From the NCBI GenBank assembly GCA_026770705.1, contig JANJGN010000007.1:109430001-109494000 (forward strand): a stretch of DNA of 64,000 nucleotides. The letters are read 5' to 3'. Of the stretch, positions 51,401 to 64,000 are shown in pieces. A program made the translations under genes and the position numbers. The notes below the pieces were generated by a model. The model searched no databases and was not told the origin of the DNA. It saw only the letters and a program-made list of their open reading frames with translations. This stretch comes from Isurus oxyrinchus. Lineage: Eukaryota. Each line of letters starts with the position of its first letter. Positions within the stretch are counted from its first letter, which is position 1.

Positions 51401-51920
51401 GGCAATTTCTGGGGATGCTAAGAGTCAACAACATTGCTGTAGGCTCCCGTATATGGCAGACCAGGCAAGGATGGCAGATTTCTCTTCCATCAAGGACATT
51501 AGTGAACTAGATGGGTTTTTATGGCAATCATTTCATGGTCATTATTAGAGTTTTAATTCCAGATTTTTATTGAATTGAATTTCCCCTCCTGCTGTGGTAG
51601 GACTTGTACTCCCGATCGCCGGTATTACCTTGGGTCTTTGGATTACATGTCCAGTGACAAAGCCACTGCGCCACCACCTCCCCAAATATTTTTCCATTTA
51701 AATTTTATGCCGTTTTCCTATTCTTCCTGCCAGAGTGAACAATTCACATTTACCCACATTATACTCCATCTGCCAAAGTTTTCCCCACTCACTGAATCTG
51801 TCTATATCCCTTTGCAAACTCTCTATCTCCATTTGTCAACTTATTTTCCTACCTACCTTGATGTCATCTACAATACATTCGGCTCCTTCATCCAAGTCAT
51901 TAATATAGGTTATAAATAGT
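48437..51920 (-). mobile_element. CR1 3' part (48437-49142 and 51684-51920) split by the tRNA-headed LINE
   Basis: KTEMRRSFFAQMVVDLCNSLPQR; CR1 sequence resumes after 51684. Confidence 0.8.
49143..51683 (-). mobile_element. Single-ORF APE-RT LINE with tRNA-like head, internally deleted
   Basis: Head ggggaggtggTGGCGCAGTGGc..GAGTACAAGTCC (A/B boxes); LDLILINLP..SICRSDHRT; FESYLSLRK; PLACMSAAPTTLK; A-rich 3' end. Confidence 0.88.
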
Positions 51921-52699
51921 TGAATACTTTTCCTCCACGGCTCTCTGGTCGACTCCTTGATTGCCCACTACACTCTTTGAGCTTCCTATAGCACCTTCGA
52001 CTGCAAGCACATGAGCTCGAATGCCTGACCTTCTACCTCTTCCCTTCTCACCATCCAAGGAACCCAAACATTCCTTCCAGGTAAACCGGCGACTTACTTC
52101 TAAAATCTTTCAATTTAGTATTCCTTGCTCACAATGTCGTTGCTGCATTAGAGAGACTAAGAGCAGATTGTCTGATTGTTTTGCGGAACGCTACCCTTCA
52201 GTCCACTAGCATGACCTCAAACATCTTGTTGCCAACCATTTTAGCTCCCCGCTTCACTCACGCTGCAACATTTCTGCCCTTGGCATCCCGCATTATTACA
52301 ATGAAACTCAGTGTAAGCTGGAGGAACAGAGCCCAGACTTTCTATTAAGCACATTGCAGTCTTCTGGACTCAGCAATTCCAGGTCATCATGGCAGCAATT
52401 GATGGTGATTGCCCTCCTCTCATTTATACCTTTTCCACTAATTATTTTGACTTGTTGACTTGTCCCATTAATATTTGTTTTCCTCTTGGTGCATTATCCC
52501 TTTTGTCATTTAATCTTGCCTGCCTTCCATCCTATCACAGACCTTCCCATTTGTTTCTTCAACCTCACCTGTGTTTGACTCCGAATTTTAGGATTATACT
52601 GCAAGAAATGAATTAGGTGGCACTTACTTCATATGACTTCCATGGTTGGGTGACACTGCACTGTCAAATCGGAGGATATACCCAGTATCAAGTCCTTTC

Positions 52700-53770
52700 A
52701 AATCCTAGAATTCTACAACGTAAAAACCGGTCATTCGAATCCGCACCATTGTTCTTCTCCACCTGGACCATTTAGTTAATTCTACATTCCTGATTGGTTT
52801 CCATAATCTTTCATATCCTATTTTCCTGCAAATATTTGCCAATGGAAAAGATTGCCTACTTCAACAACGAAATGCGGCAGACAGTTCCTGTTTCCATGCC
52901 CCTGTAAGGACTATTTTACATGTCAATTTCAATGATTTGTGAATGTCGATTTTTCCTTGCTTCTTACTATCCGTTCGTAATGTTGAAAAGTGTTACATGC
53001 TGGGCCTTTTTTTCAGTTTCGCCAAACTCTCCATTACTTCAACCTACATTTTTTGCAACACCGTGGTCAATCTACGCCCAAGCCGTCCATTGTTTTCTCA
53101 TTCTTCCTGCAATGTGATGTTCATTGAACAACATTAAACTTAAATCGAGCAAGAGTTAATGATAAAATTATCTCTATGTTTTTTTTTCAAAATTTAGGTT
53201 TAAGACTGAGATTCGCGGGAGTCTGTTCGCCTTTTTGATGACTTATGCTCGTTGTGGTGCCATCCTTAAAGGCTTGTGTAGGCGCAGATCAATGTCGCTG
53301 CGTCAAATCTTGCTATTTCGACAGTTTTATTGTTTCTCCGTTTATATCGTAAAAAAAATTGTTCTGCCAATCTTGCGCATTTGCTGTTTGGCTAACCAAA
53401 CAGGAAAGCCTATCAATGTTCTTCTGCTGAACTGCTCAAGCTCGATTTTAATTCTACAAAGACCCGTTAGCATTGGGTGTCATTTTCATATTCAATATAA
53501 TTCTTCGGTGCCCAGGAACCGATTACTTAAGTGTGTAACAAATAGAAGCAGCACTAAATCAGGCGGCTGTGAAACGCTGTTAATCAAATATTTCCGTTCT
53601 TTTTACCACGATACTAATTTTCTTCCAAGTATCGCATATCCTGGCGACCAGATTCTTCTTACTTCCGTGCGGTGAAGGTTTTTTTTTAAGATGCCTTGCC
53701 AAAGGCTTGTCGAAAGTTGTGCAATCCGCATGCACAACCTTTCCTTTCTCTTTATCTTCTGCTATTTCTT
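52700..53770 (-). mobile_element. Very old CR1-like remnant
   Basis: gccttgccaaaggcttgtcgaaag (antisense of a DFxKAFDKV-like motif) and a 3'-end-like ggtcattcg. Confidence 0.4.
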
Positions 53771-56700
53771 TAAAGAATTATCCAAGAGATAAGACAGAAA
53801 GAATGTGCGATCTGGAACCAAAGTGCCCTAAGCAAAAGCGCACTGACCTTTTTTTGCCAACCAGTTAACCACAACTCAAACATTGGTAATCAACCTATCG
53901 CCCAGTGTCGATCAGTATCGTGTTAATGGATTAATGTAAAGGAAAATATTCTGCAAATTAATTGTTTGCGCTTTTATTAAAGTTCATGCATACTCAAAAT
54001 AAAAACGTAAGCATAAAATGAATAATCCATTTATTGGACTCCAATATTTTGCCACTTGAGCAGCAACTGACTCACTGCCGTGCATCTTGAAGCTGAGGGC
54101 TCGGTGCAAAGTATTCTTGTGGGATGCTCAACTACGGCTTAAGAATGTGCAAGCAGAATGCTTGACGCGGACAGTCAAGAACGTTAGGACAGGTAGTGCG
54201 AAATTCCCATGACTTCAGCTCAGGCTTTAATCGGAATTCAGTTCTTAATACATTCGGGAGCGGTGTTTCTCCCGTTGTGTGCAGCCGGAGCCAAGTCCAT
54301 GGCACTAGGGGTGGTTGAGCTTTACAGGATAGGAGGAGAAAGATCCAGAAAGCAGATGTAAATAATGTAACGAATCCTCTGTCCACACTAAAATATTACC
54401 CCCAAATCCATTAGACATTTACAACTTGGTTTCAGCTCCGCTGACATGTTGCGAACTGCTGAAAGGGGGAATTTCTTATTCAAATTAATTAACTGATGTG
54501 GTTGATCTGCTCTGTTCGAGGTAGCAACACATACAATCTTAAATTTAAATCTGTTAATTATAAAAAGCTGCAAACCTACCTAGCATTGAATCGCAGCAGT
54601 AAGTTGGTACCGCGTGTTTTAGTGTAATTATAGTATTTAATGTTCAGCGTCAACAGACAATCTATTTCACATTTGTCATTGTAACCTACATGCCATCACT
54701 TTAGGTACAGATCGGAATGTGTAAGCACTTCGCTCCAATGAGTTTAACCCACAGCCATTCCTTTATTTTTTTAATATATTTCTTCCGATTTTTACTTATT
54801 CGCGCAGACATAAGTTTCAGTACTTTTAACTTGAGTAAAGGCCAGACGCGAACGGTAACGTGCTAATTGTATCGGGACATTGAACCAAGACAAGAAATCC
54901 CGATTCCTGATTTCATTGGAGTGGCACTTCAAAACTGAAACCTTCATTCCAGGCTGCATTCCAGTCGCAGCGCCTCGGTATCATAACAAAGGGGACTAGA
55001 GTACATTAATGAATGGAGAGGTGTTTTCGGTCACAACATTGAAGGAACATAAGACTCTGAGGAGTGGAGATGTTTGCATTCTCGTTAAAGAATGCAATGT
55101 CTATGATTATACACAAGGCTGTAGGGAAGGCAATTCGCAGACTTAAAAGTAAAACACAGCTATGCCAAACAATAGATACAAAGCAAAGTATCCCGAGAAC
55201 GTATCTATCTTCGATTGTCAATGGGAACATTTCTTGGCTCTCTGCGGATAGGCAGATATAGAGGATAATATCGTGATGACGGATTCGTGTAAAAGAAATC
55301 ATTGCTGCAAGGCAATTGTTCCCTTTTTGTATTTACTGCGTCATCAAATTTAAAATAGGCGTAAAATGTATAATCCTTTTAATGGATTCAAATATTCTGC
55401 AGTTTAAGCATCAGCTGACGTCACTGCAGTGCATCTGTGAAGCTGCGACATCGGCGCAGAGCATTCTTGTGGAGATGCTCAACAGTACCTTAAGAGTATA
55501 CAGGACAGGCAAGAACGGCCAGACAGGTTGTGTGAAACCCCCCATTTGCTTATCTCACCTTTAACCGTAATTCACTTCTCAATACTGGGAAGAGTGATGT
55601 TTCCACTGCAGAATGCAGTCAGGGCTAAGTCCATGCCACTACGAATGGTCGAGCTGTACAGAGTAAGAAGAGAAAAGTCCAGAAAGCAACATTCAGCGAA
55701 AGACACAAGTAAATCTGCGGCCTCAAGCCTGCTTCAGAAATGATATGTTGCGTCCCTCCCTCCCTTCATTCCCCAAGCCCTGCTGCCGGAATCAACTACT
55801 GCCAGGGACAAGGATGTCAGCGAGCAACTCCAGAATATTCCGAATTGGGAGAGTGATCACCCAGAGCTCGTAGCCCATCGTAGTTCCCTGATGGCTTCGT
55901 TAGCAGTATGAAACCTGAAGCCTTGCCTCTGCACCATACCTCAAACAACGCATTGACCTTCCCTATTTTACTATATTTACTCTCACTAACTTGTAGCACT
56001 GGGAGTAATCCAGACATTACTATGTTTGAGGTCCTTATTTTACCTTCCTCCCGAAATACTGAAAACCTAAGCGTAAGACTTCAATAACTGACCTTCCTCT
56101 ATTGCGTTGATGCCAAAATGTACCGCAACATCTGGCTCACTCCCTCTCTCTACCGATTATTCTACACCCTCTCCACGATATCCTTTGCCCCGGCACCAGG
56201 CAGGGAGCACATCGTGCAGGTCTCCCAATCATGCCTTCAGAAATCCCTATCTGCCCACGTGAATATGACATCTCCTATAACAACTGCATTTCCAGTCTTT
56301 CCTGCCCCTCCTTTGCAATACCTTGCCTATTATTGCCATGGCTTGGACTGCACCCCTGTAAGGTGTTATCACCCCAGCGATCTCCAATGTAAGTACTTGT
56401 TGGCGACCGCCACTTACCCAAAGGTTCGGATACTCCCTCCTCCTCCTACTCTTCCTGATAGTCTCGCATCTTCTCAGATGAACGCTTCCTGCCTGTGCTG
56501 TATGCACATCCTGGAACGTACCGAACAGGAAACATTCATTCTTCCAGATGCTCCGCAGTGACTCCAATTGCCCTTCAAGCTCGGAAATCTTGAGCTGGAA
56601 TGTAAGCAGCCAGACGTACCCTACGCACGTGGACAACCAAGATATGCAACATGTCCGAGAGTTCCCACATTATGCAGGAATTGCAAGCAACAGGTCTCAG

Positions 56701-57200
56701 GTGTTTCATCCATAACCTAGAAAACATCGTATTTCCTCCTTAGCAATCTCGTCAATACGTTGTTTAAACTATTAATTTTAATTAGTGCCTCTCAACCTGC
56801 TCGGTACTTATATTCTCATTAACGCACTGCGTTACTTGCCCGTTTTGATTTTTTTTAATGTCCCAACTCCTAATTTGAAAAGATATCGAAGCTCGGAGAC
56901 ACCAACCTATCACATAACTGTTGCCCTGTGACATCACACTTGTATTGTCTTTACAACGCTTCTTTTCCCACCCCCCAACCCCCTTTGTTTCGTTGCTGCC
57001 CCCACTCCTCTGTCCACCCGTTGCTCTACCTGTCCTCTTTCCCTGGGCGCTGCTGCCGCCACGCTTTTATCCTCCGGTTGGTCTCGCGATGCTCTCCCTC
57101 TGGGTTCTGCTGCTTTACGATTATTATCGCTGGGGCGATATGCTGTCAGATTCATTATGTCTCAAATTTCTCATATAGTGTGACAATTTCACCTGAGATA

Positions 57201-57675
57201 TTTGCACTTCACTCAATTTAGTATACTGCTTTCGCTGTTCCCAATGCGGTTTCCTCTACATTGGAGAGAACAAACGCAGACTGGGTGATCGCTTTGCGGA
57301 ACACCTTCGGTCTGTCCGTAAGCATGACCCAGACCTCCTTATCGCTTGCCATTTAAACACTCCACCCTGCGCTCATGCCCACATGTCCGTCTTTGGCCTA
57401 CTGCATTGTTCCAGTGAAGCTCAACGCAAACTGGAGGAACAGCACCTCATCTTCCGACTAAGCACTTTACAACCTTCCAGACTGAATATTGAGTTCAACA
57501 ATTTTTAGATCATGAACTCACTCCTCCAATCCCCACCCTTTTTCCGGTCTCCCTTTTTTTCAATAATTTATATAGATTTTTCTTTTCCCACCTATTTCCA
57601 TAATTTTTAAATGTATTTCCATCAATTGTTTTATCTTTGCCTTTTAGCCCTCCCCCACTAGAGCTATCTGTATTT
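57201..57675 (+). mobile_element. PLE GIY-YIG fragment plus first part of tail
   Basis: Open frame QCGFLYIGENKRRLGDRFAEHLRSVRKHDPD..EQHLIFRL..NIEFNNF. Confidence 0.92.
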
Positions 57676-57689
57676 TTATTATCACATTC

Positions 57690-58420
57690 CTGGTCTTGTA
57701 GTCGTAGTATGTATACGGCTCGTCCAATTAGGTTTCTGGTAATGGTAACCCTCAGGATTTTGATGGTGGGATTTCAGCGATGGTAATGCCATTGAATATC
57801 GAGCAAATTTGGTTAGATGGTGTCTTGTTGGAGACTGTCATTGCCTGAGACTTGTGTGGCACGAATGTTACTTGACAATTATCCGCCCAAGCCTGAACGG
57901 TGTCCAAGTGTCACTGCATATAGGTACGAACTACTTCAGTATCTGTGGAACCGTGAATGTGAGTGAATACTGTGAAATCATCAGCAAACATCCCGATTTC
58001 TAACTATATGACGGAGGGAAGGGCATTGATGAAGCAGCTGAAGAAAACCCAGGATACTGCCATGAGGACCTCCTACAGCGATGTGCTGGAGCTAAGATGA
58101 CGAGATCCAACAATGCCAACCATATTCCTTTGTGCCAGGCCTTACTCGAATCAATGATACATTTCCCCACATGATTCCTATTGACTTCAATTTTGCGAAG
58201 GTTGCTTGATGCCACACTCAGTCAAATGCTTGCCTTGATGCCTTGTGTTCAGATTGTTTTTGTCAATGCTTAGGACAAGGCTTTATTGAGGTTAGGAGGC
58301 TAGTGGCCCTGGTGGAACCAAAACGGAATTCCTATGAGCCGATTAATGTGGTGTAAATGCTGCTTGATAGCACCGTCATTGACACTTTCCATTGCATTGC
58401 TGATGGTCAAGAGTGGACAC
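57690..58420 (-). mobile_element. Internal RT fragment of the tRNA-headed LINE family
   Basis: Matches 14410-14900 and 49670-50250. Confidence 0.8.
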
Positions 58421-58449
58421 ATAGTTTTGATATCATAACTATTATTGAA

Positions 58450-60461
58450 ACATGGATAAAGGAAATGCAAGCATGGGGCTTTCAGGCAGGATGGAAAGGG
58501 AGATAAAATAGGGCGGCGTGGCAATTTTGGTGAAAGCTGTGAAGAAGCATGTTATGCTTTCAGGAAAATTTAATGAAACCGGGAAGGTTAAATAGAGGAA
58601 CAAAATGATGCAATAACATTGCTGGGAGTACAATGTAGATTCGTCAGACAGTCAGGGAGAGATAGTTGGGTAAATATGTAGGCAGGTTATTGGGCACAGC
58701 AGAAAAAAATAGGGCAACAATAGAATGGAATTTCAACTACACTGTCTTAAATGGAATAAAAGCATTATAAAAGGTGTAAAGGGGCGGAATTCTTAAAATG
58801 CATTCAGGGGGGCTTTTTAAAGGCAGTACGATGCTTACCCTAAATGAAAAATTGCTGTTCTGGACTTAATTTTAGGAAATAAAACTGGGCAGGTAGAAGC
58901 CGTATCAGTGGGGGAGTAGTTTCGAAGTGGTAACCATAATTAAATTAGACTGAGCATAGTTATGAAAAAGGTCCAAGATAGGTCAAGAGTGAAAACCTAA
59001 CATCTGAGGAAGGCCCAAATATTAAGCAGAAATAATATTTGGCAAAAGTGGACTGGAAACACTCTTTGAAGGTAAATACGTGTGAGAGCATCAGGAACCA
59101 TTCATAAAGGCATTGCAGACGATTCAAATCAACTATATTTCCACAAAAGGAAAAGGGTAGGACTTCAAGTTGTGGAAATTCCCGCATCACGATGCCTTCT
59201 GGAGGTCAAAGCACATACATGTAGGATAAGGGAAAATAGGTTCTGTCACACATCGAGAGGTCTATACTGCAGAAAGCTTGAAGGAGTGTGGAAAATGCTC
59301 GAGTGAAATTTAAAAGGAAATTAGGATGGCAATGACAGGACATGAGAAATATTGACAAGTGATATTAAGGAAAGCCGCAAGATAATTTATGAATGAAAAA
59401 AGAACAAAAACGAATAGCTACAGAAGGAGACAGGTTGATAAGAGGCCAAAAAGACGAATTTCCTGTGTGGAGGTGGAAGACGTGAGCATGATTCTCAATG
59501 AATGCTTTGCGTGTGTCATTATAAAGAGACGCTTTATATGGACATTGCAGTTAAGAAAGAGGATTGTGAACTATTGGACGATATAAGCATTGTGAGAGAG
59601 CATATAGCTGCTCAGTGAAGCAAGGCAGGAAATAATGCGAGCTCTGGCTATCATTTTCCAATCCTCTCTGGCGACAGGCCTGGTGCCAGTAGACTAGCGG
59701 ACTACTAAAATTATGTCGTTGTTTAAAAAAGGAGAAATGATACACCCAGTAATTACAGACCAGACAGAATAACATTGGCTGTGAGCTACGTACTGGGAAG
59801 AAAAAAGCTGAGGACTAGTATAAGTGTTCAGTAAAAAAATGCACTATTAATCAATGGCAACCCCGTTGACATACTCAGGGAAGTTTGTGCCTGGCTAATC
59901 TCATTGATTTATTTGGGGAGGTAGCAAGTTGAGCCAATGTGTGTGGCACATTTAATCTAGTCTACGTGGACTTTAGCATGACGTTTGGCAAGTTTTAACA
60001 TGGCAGACTGGTCAGAAAAATAAGAGCCCCTGAAGATCCAAAGGGAAGTGGAAAGTTGGACCCAAAACTGGTTCAGTAGCAGGAAGCAAAGGGTAATTGT
60101 CAACCAATGTCTTTTGCAACTCGAAGGCTGTTTCCAGGCCTATTCCACGGGGCTCAGTTCTAGGTTCCTTGCTATTCCTGGTATATATCAATAATTGAAA
60201 GCTAAATTTATTGCACATGGTTAAGGAGTTTGCAGATGATACAAACTTCCTCTTGTTGATAATGAGGGAGGAGGCTGTAGAGGTCTGGATGGATTGTCAG
60301 GTGCGAAGGAAGGTGGCAGATCGAATTCAGCCCGGAAAAATGTGAGGTTATGCATTTTGGGAGGGCAAACAAGGCATAGGAATACAAAATAAATGGTAGA
60401 AGTGTTGAAGAACGTAGGGACATCCGAGTGCACGTCCACAGATCCGAAAAAGGTAGCAGGA
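58450..60461 (+). mobile_element. Degraded CR1 ORF2, truncated at its 3' side by the PLE tail
   Basis: APE GGVAILVK; RT gtctacgtggactttagc and tttgcagatgatacaaa (FADDT); ends at gtagcaggaca. Confidence 0.85.
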
Positions 60462-60464
60462 CAT

Positions 60465-60990
60465 TCTCTCACGAACTCTTTCCTCCATCCCCATCCCATT
60501 TCCGATCCCCCTTTTTCCAATAATTTATAAAGATTTTTCTTTTCCCACCTATTTCCATTATTTTTAAATGTATTTCCACCCATTGTTTTATCTCTACCTT
60601 CTAGCCTATTTCGATCCCTTCCCCCCACCCACCCCCACTAGGGCTATCTGTACCTTGTTCGTCCTGCTTTCTACCCTTAATGTCACCTATTATCACATTC
60701 CTTAGATAATATCACCACCTTCAACACCTCTTTGTCCTTTTGTTTATGATATCTTTTGGTTATTTCCACCTATCACTGGCCCTCTAGCAGCTCTACCTGT
60801 CCCAACCCCCTTAAACCAGCTTATATTTCACCTCTTTTCTATTTTTCCTTAGTTGTGTTGAATATCATATGGACTCGAAACTTTAACTGTCTTCCTCTCC
60901 GCAGATGCTGTCCGACCTGCTGAGTTTTTCCAGGTATTTTTGTTTTTGTTTTTATTTTGGATTTCCAGCATCCGCAGTTTTTTGCTTTTA
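60465..60990 (+). mobile_element. Complete PLE tail with degenerate hammerhead (60851-60888)
   Basis: Same subfamily as the 22000-22530 tail; agtt gTGTTGA..ggactc GAAAC ttt aact. Confidence 0.9.
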
Positions 60991-61450
60991 TGAACTGAGA
61001 TAATGTTGGTTTCAGTTCTAACTATAAACAAAGCTGCAAAATTGCATGAAATTATTAAAATAAGTGATCAGTAAATCGGTAAACCTGAGACGTTAACTTT
61101 GTTTCTTTCACCACAGATAGCCAGCGACTAGCTTATTATTTCCAGTTTCCTCGGTTTTATTTTTAAACATTCAACATCGAATATATCATGCTTTCATTAT
61201 GCAAGTTTCAGCCTCTATCATGTAGATTTACATTTTTCTGGCAGAGGATTCACTTTTTAACTAAACGGGTCGATGCATCTGATGAAATAGTGGCATAGGT
61301 TTTTGACAGCAAGGTCTGACGTTTTTGAAATCACGTATCCAGCTTTCAAACATCGCAGATTTTCTAGCTTTCTCATATGAGGTATGACCTCGAATGAATC
61401 CTTTATCCCTCTGAGCGTTCTATTAAATGAAAACAATACGTCTATCAGAT

Positions 61451-61480
61451 CACCCTTCAGTCAACACCCTTCAGTCAACA
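61451..61480. repeat. 14-bp tandem duplication
   Basis: cacccttcagtcaa twice; single copy in the paralogues. Confidence 0.9.
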
Positions 61481-61689
61481 AAGTCATAGCCCACTCAAAC
61501 AAAACTGCTAAAAGTATACTAATGGTAATATGCTTTTAAATTTCTCCTGACTAGGCCCATACCTTGCGGGGATAAATTGGTTTTTTTTATTTTAGCAGGC
61601 AAGGAGAACTCGTAGCGCCGCCCTCAAATCCCCCGCATCCGGAACAGGTTAGAATTGCCACGGGCTATCCTGTAACTGTTTTACTAGGA

Positions 61690-61710
61690 TGCAGTGCCAT
61701 CTGGTGGAGA
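61690..61710 (-). promoter_or_regulatory. CTCF-like motif (paralogue unit 3)
   Basis: Minus strand CCACCAGATGGCAC fits the CTCF core consensus fully. Confidence 0.65.
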
Positions 61711-64000
61711 AGATGGAAGTTACCAGGTGTTACCATTACTTCTGAAATATTACTTATTTCATAGTCCTGGGAATGTTACATCCTTGGCAACGGTGTACAC
61801 TTTTATAAGAACTAGTATTTGAGCCGTGGCGTTGCACATGTTCAATTGGAATCTATGATCCCTGTCGTATACCTCTGTATTGTTACTGTTACTATTTTAC
61901 TCAATCCATGTTTTGCTGATTTGCTTTCTATTTGTCTTTGCTTCTTTCCTCTTTCCATAAATCATCTCTTAGGTCCTTTCACTCTCAGGCACAAGGACAC
62001 ACTTCCATGTTACCTCGTTGCGCCTGCTACTTTTTTTTATTTCTTTCGTTATTTCCTTTCTGGTGTTAGGTGGGCTAAGAACTGCTGCTGACTGCTGCTT
62101 CGGTTGGTAATTAGATTTTAGACTAAAGAAGAGAGTTCTTGGCTGTGCGACTATCGCTTCCTGTGCTTCTGAAAAATTTCTGACATTTTATTTTTGACAT
62201 GTTAAAATAATACAGATGAGATGTCTGGAGGCTGCATGTTTGCTTTAGAATTCAACGATTTTGAAGATTTTGCAAAAAGTAAGATGAGTAAAGAGCTTCT
62301 AGATCGGTCCAATGCGAATACTGCAGCTTGTATAACAGACCACTTAAATTTCATCTGGTATCTAATCAGCTCATTCTCGTGTTTTACTTCCCTCGCGCAC
62401 ACACTTACCAGTGCACATGCAGTCTGACTTACCTTTGACATTGTTCCCTAGGAACCAAGAAAACAACCTCCTGTGATGTAGGATTACGATCGCTGGGGGA
62501 AGGCCGTTCATCGAATTCAACAGTTTGGACTGACTAGTGGATCTGGATGGCTACTTAGTTCATGTCGGTATCTGCCCAGAATATATTTAAATTGCAACTA
62601 AATACTAATCTCAACCTTATGCACCCACCAACCCCACCGCTGAGAATTTGAACTTTCCGTCAGACGGGCTTCGTGAGTTTAAATATGAACTACTGAAACT
62701 TGATCGGGGGCTCCATTGACCCTGAACTCAATAAATTGTATTAGTGAGCCTCGGTCAGATACTATTGGAGGCGTTGCGTGATCTAATGTAGATTTCATTT
62801 TCCAACAAGGCAAGATGAGTTCATGCAACTTAATTTCATGCAAATGTAATGCAGATAAGTTTTGTCTGGTTTATGCGATTGCGCACTGTACATACTCAAA
62901 ATATATGAATACATTACAGAGACGTTAGCCGGAAGCAAATGGACCATAGGCCAGAGCTTGCATTCCCTGGTTGGGCAGTTTACAAACAGGCTCCCCACTA
63001 GCGGTCGGCGCCTTAGCTAGGGTTCTGCCTTATGGCATGGTTTGCATCCTTCTCCATCTCTGTTCCACAAAGCATTATTAGTGATTTTATGCACCAAATA
63101 TTATCAACATGTTCTCGATGTTCTCAATACTGAAATTTCAGAAGTCGTCCTTGTGTTTGTTTCAGTAATTTGCAATTATTTGCAATTGTTATGTTTCCAG
63201 CAGTTCTTATTGCTGGACAAGTCATTTCCCAGAATTGAACCAGACTTAATAGATCACTATTTTATTTAAATTTTTGCAAAGTCGTGAAGTGTAGATCATT
63301 TACTGAACCGGTTCACTGGGCTGCTGTTGATTTTTTTTAACAAAAGGATGAAACAGTTACTAAACAAGAATTATTAACTCTATCACACTATATACCAGAT
63401 AGGTTGGAAAGATTTTCAATACAGACATCAAGGGAACAAATGATTCAAACTCACTCTTGCTGTCACCCCAGCAGTAACTTATACAGACCCAATACTCCAG
63501 GGAACTGCAGTCATAATTATGCACCAAGGGTAGAGCTGATTCAGTTGTAAATACTTTTTATCGCGGCAGACTACTGAACGATTTGGTATCTGCCTTGAGA
63601 TCCAAAACTCACTTGACATTCACCGCTACTTTACCTCAGAACAACTCACATAAGATTCTTAAACATATTTACTCACTATTCTGATGGAATTACCCAGCTA
63701 GAAAGAGATATTTAAACGGTTGTCTTCACCTGTGGCATGACCAGAGCAGCTGAACTCAAAACTACTTTCTGTTTATCCCTAAACCGCTGTGTGCCCCCTT
63801 CCCGTCGCTAAGCAACTGCATCGTTTTTTCTATAATTTGTTTTAAAACCCCGGCACTAATCACCGCTTGATAACCCACCTCTTTATAACAAGAGCCATAA
63901 AACCTCATTACAATGCAAGTATACAAACAAACCCACAGACTTGCAGGCAACATTCTTAAGTGAAACCAACCCAGGTTTCTCCTTTCTTAACACAAGCACA

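Larger units (their letters stand above)
48055..52560 (+). mobile_element. Old PLE (48055-48435 and 51920-52560) split by a CR1
   Basis: SDMSSSFLNQDFPP and KHSFQVNRRLT..CSQC..IRETKSRLSDCFAE. Confidence 0.7.
54000..63200. repeat. Segmental paralogue unit 3
   Basis: Collinear blocks with units 1 and 2, including the shared CR1 5' remnant at 56010-57120. Confidence 0.85.

Noticed and set aside
51590-51683. tRNA gene
   Set aside because: A/B boxes belong to the LINE head; no cloverleaf or terminator.
53235-53675. 146-aa ORF
   Set aside because: No recognisable domain; lies in a probable ancient LINE remnant.
54132-54386. Minus ORF with a signal-peptide-like start (FWIFLLLSCKAQ)
   Set aside because: No real ATG start; the hydrophobic stretch is a polypyrimidine tract, and the paralogue has stops in this frame.
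63270-64000. Possible solo LTR
   Set aside because: No second LTR, PBS/PPT or internal ORF visible, so it cannot be supported.

Overview
Repeat-dense vertebrate genomic DNA. The repeat families suggest a cartilaginous fish (shark); this is an inference, not a database result. I find no intact host protein-coding gene, rRNA, true tRNA or CRISPR array. Most of the window is nested retrotransposon debris: CR1 LINEs, L2, a single-ORF APE-RT LINE with a tRNA-like head, a tRNA/RTE-type SINE, and several Penelope-like elements (PLE; RT plus GIY-YIG) whose 3' tails carry minimal hammerhead-ribozyme motifs. Under the TEs are three diverged tandem paralogues of a multi-kb unit (about 4.1-8.9 kb, 12.5-31.9 kb and 54-63.2 kb). 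These keep CTCF-like sites, splice-like signals, a poly(A) signal and a signal-peptide-like ORF, so they may be a decayed tandem gene family. Most notable observations: (1) a 3.8-kb insertion bounded by PLE sequence and a target-site duplication (TSD), carrying older LINE cargo and absent from the paralogous empty sites, which suggests PLE-mediated transduction; (2) a TSD-flanked inverted PLE dimer; (3) a non-canonical hammerhead core (CUGUCGA) shared by the youngest PLE subfamily. Boundaries of degraded repeats were read by eye and are approximate (tens of bp).
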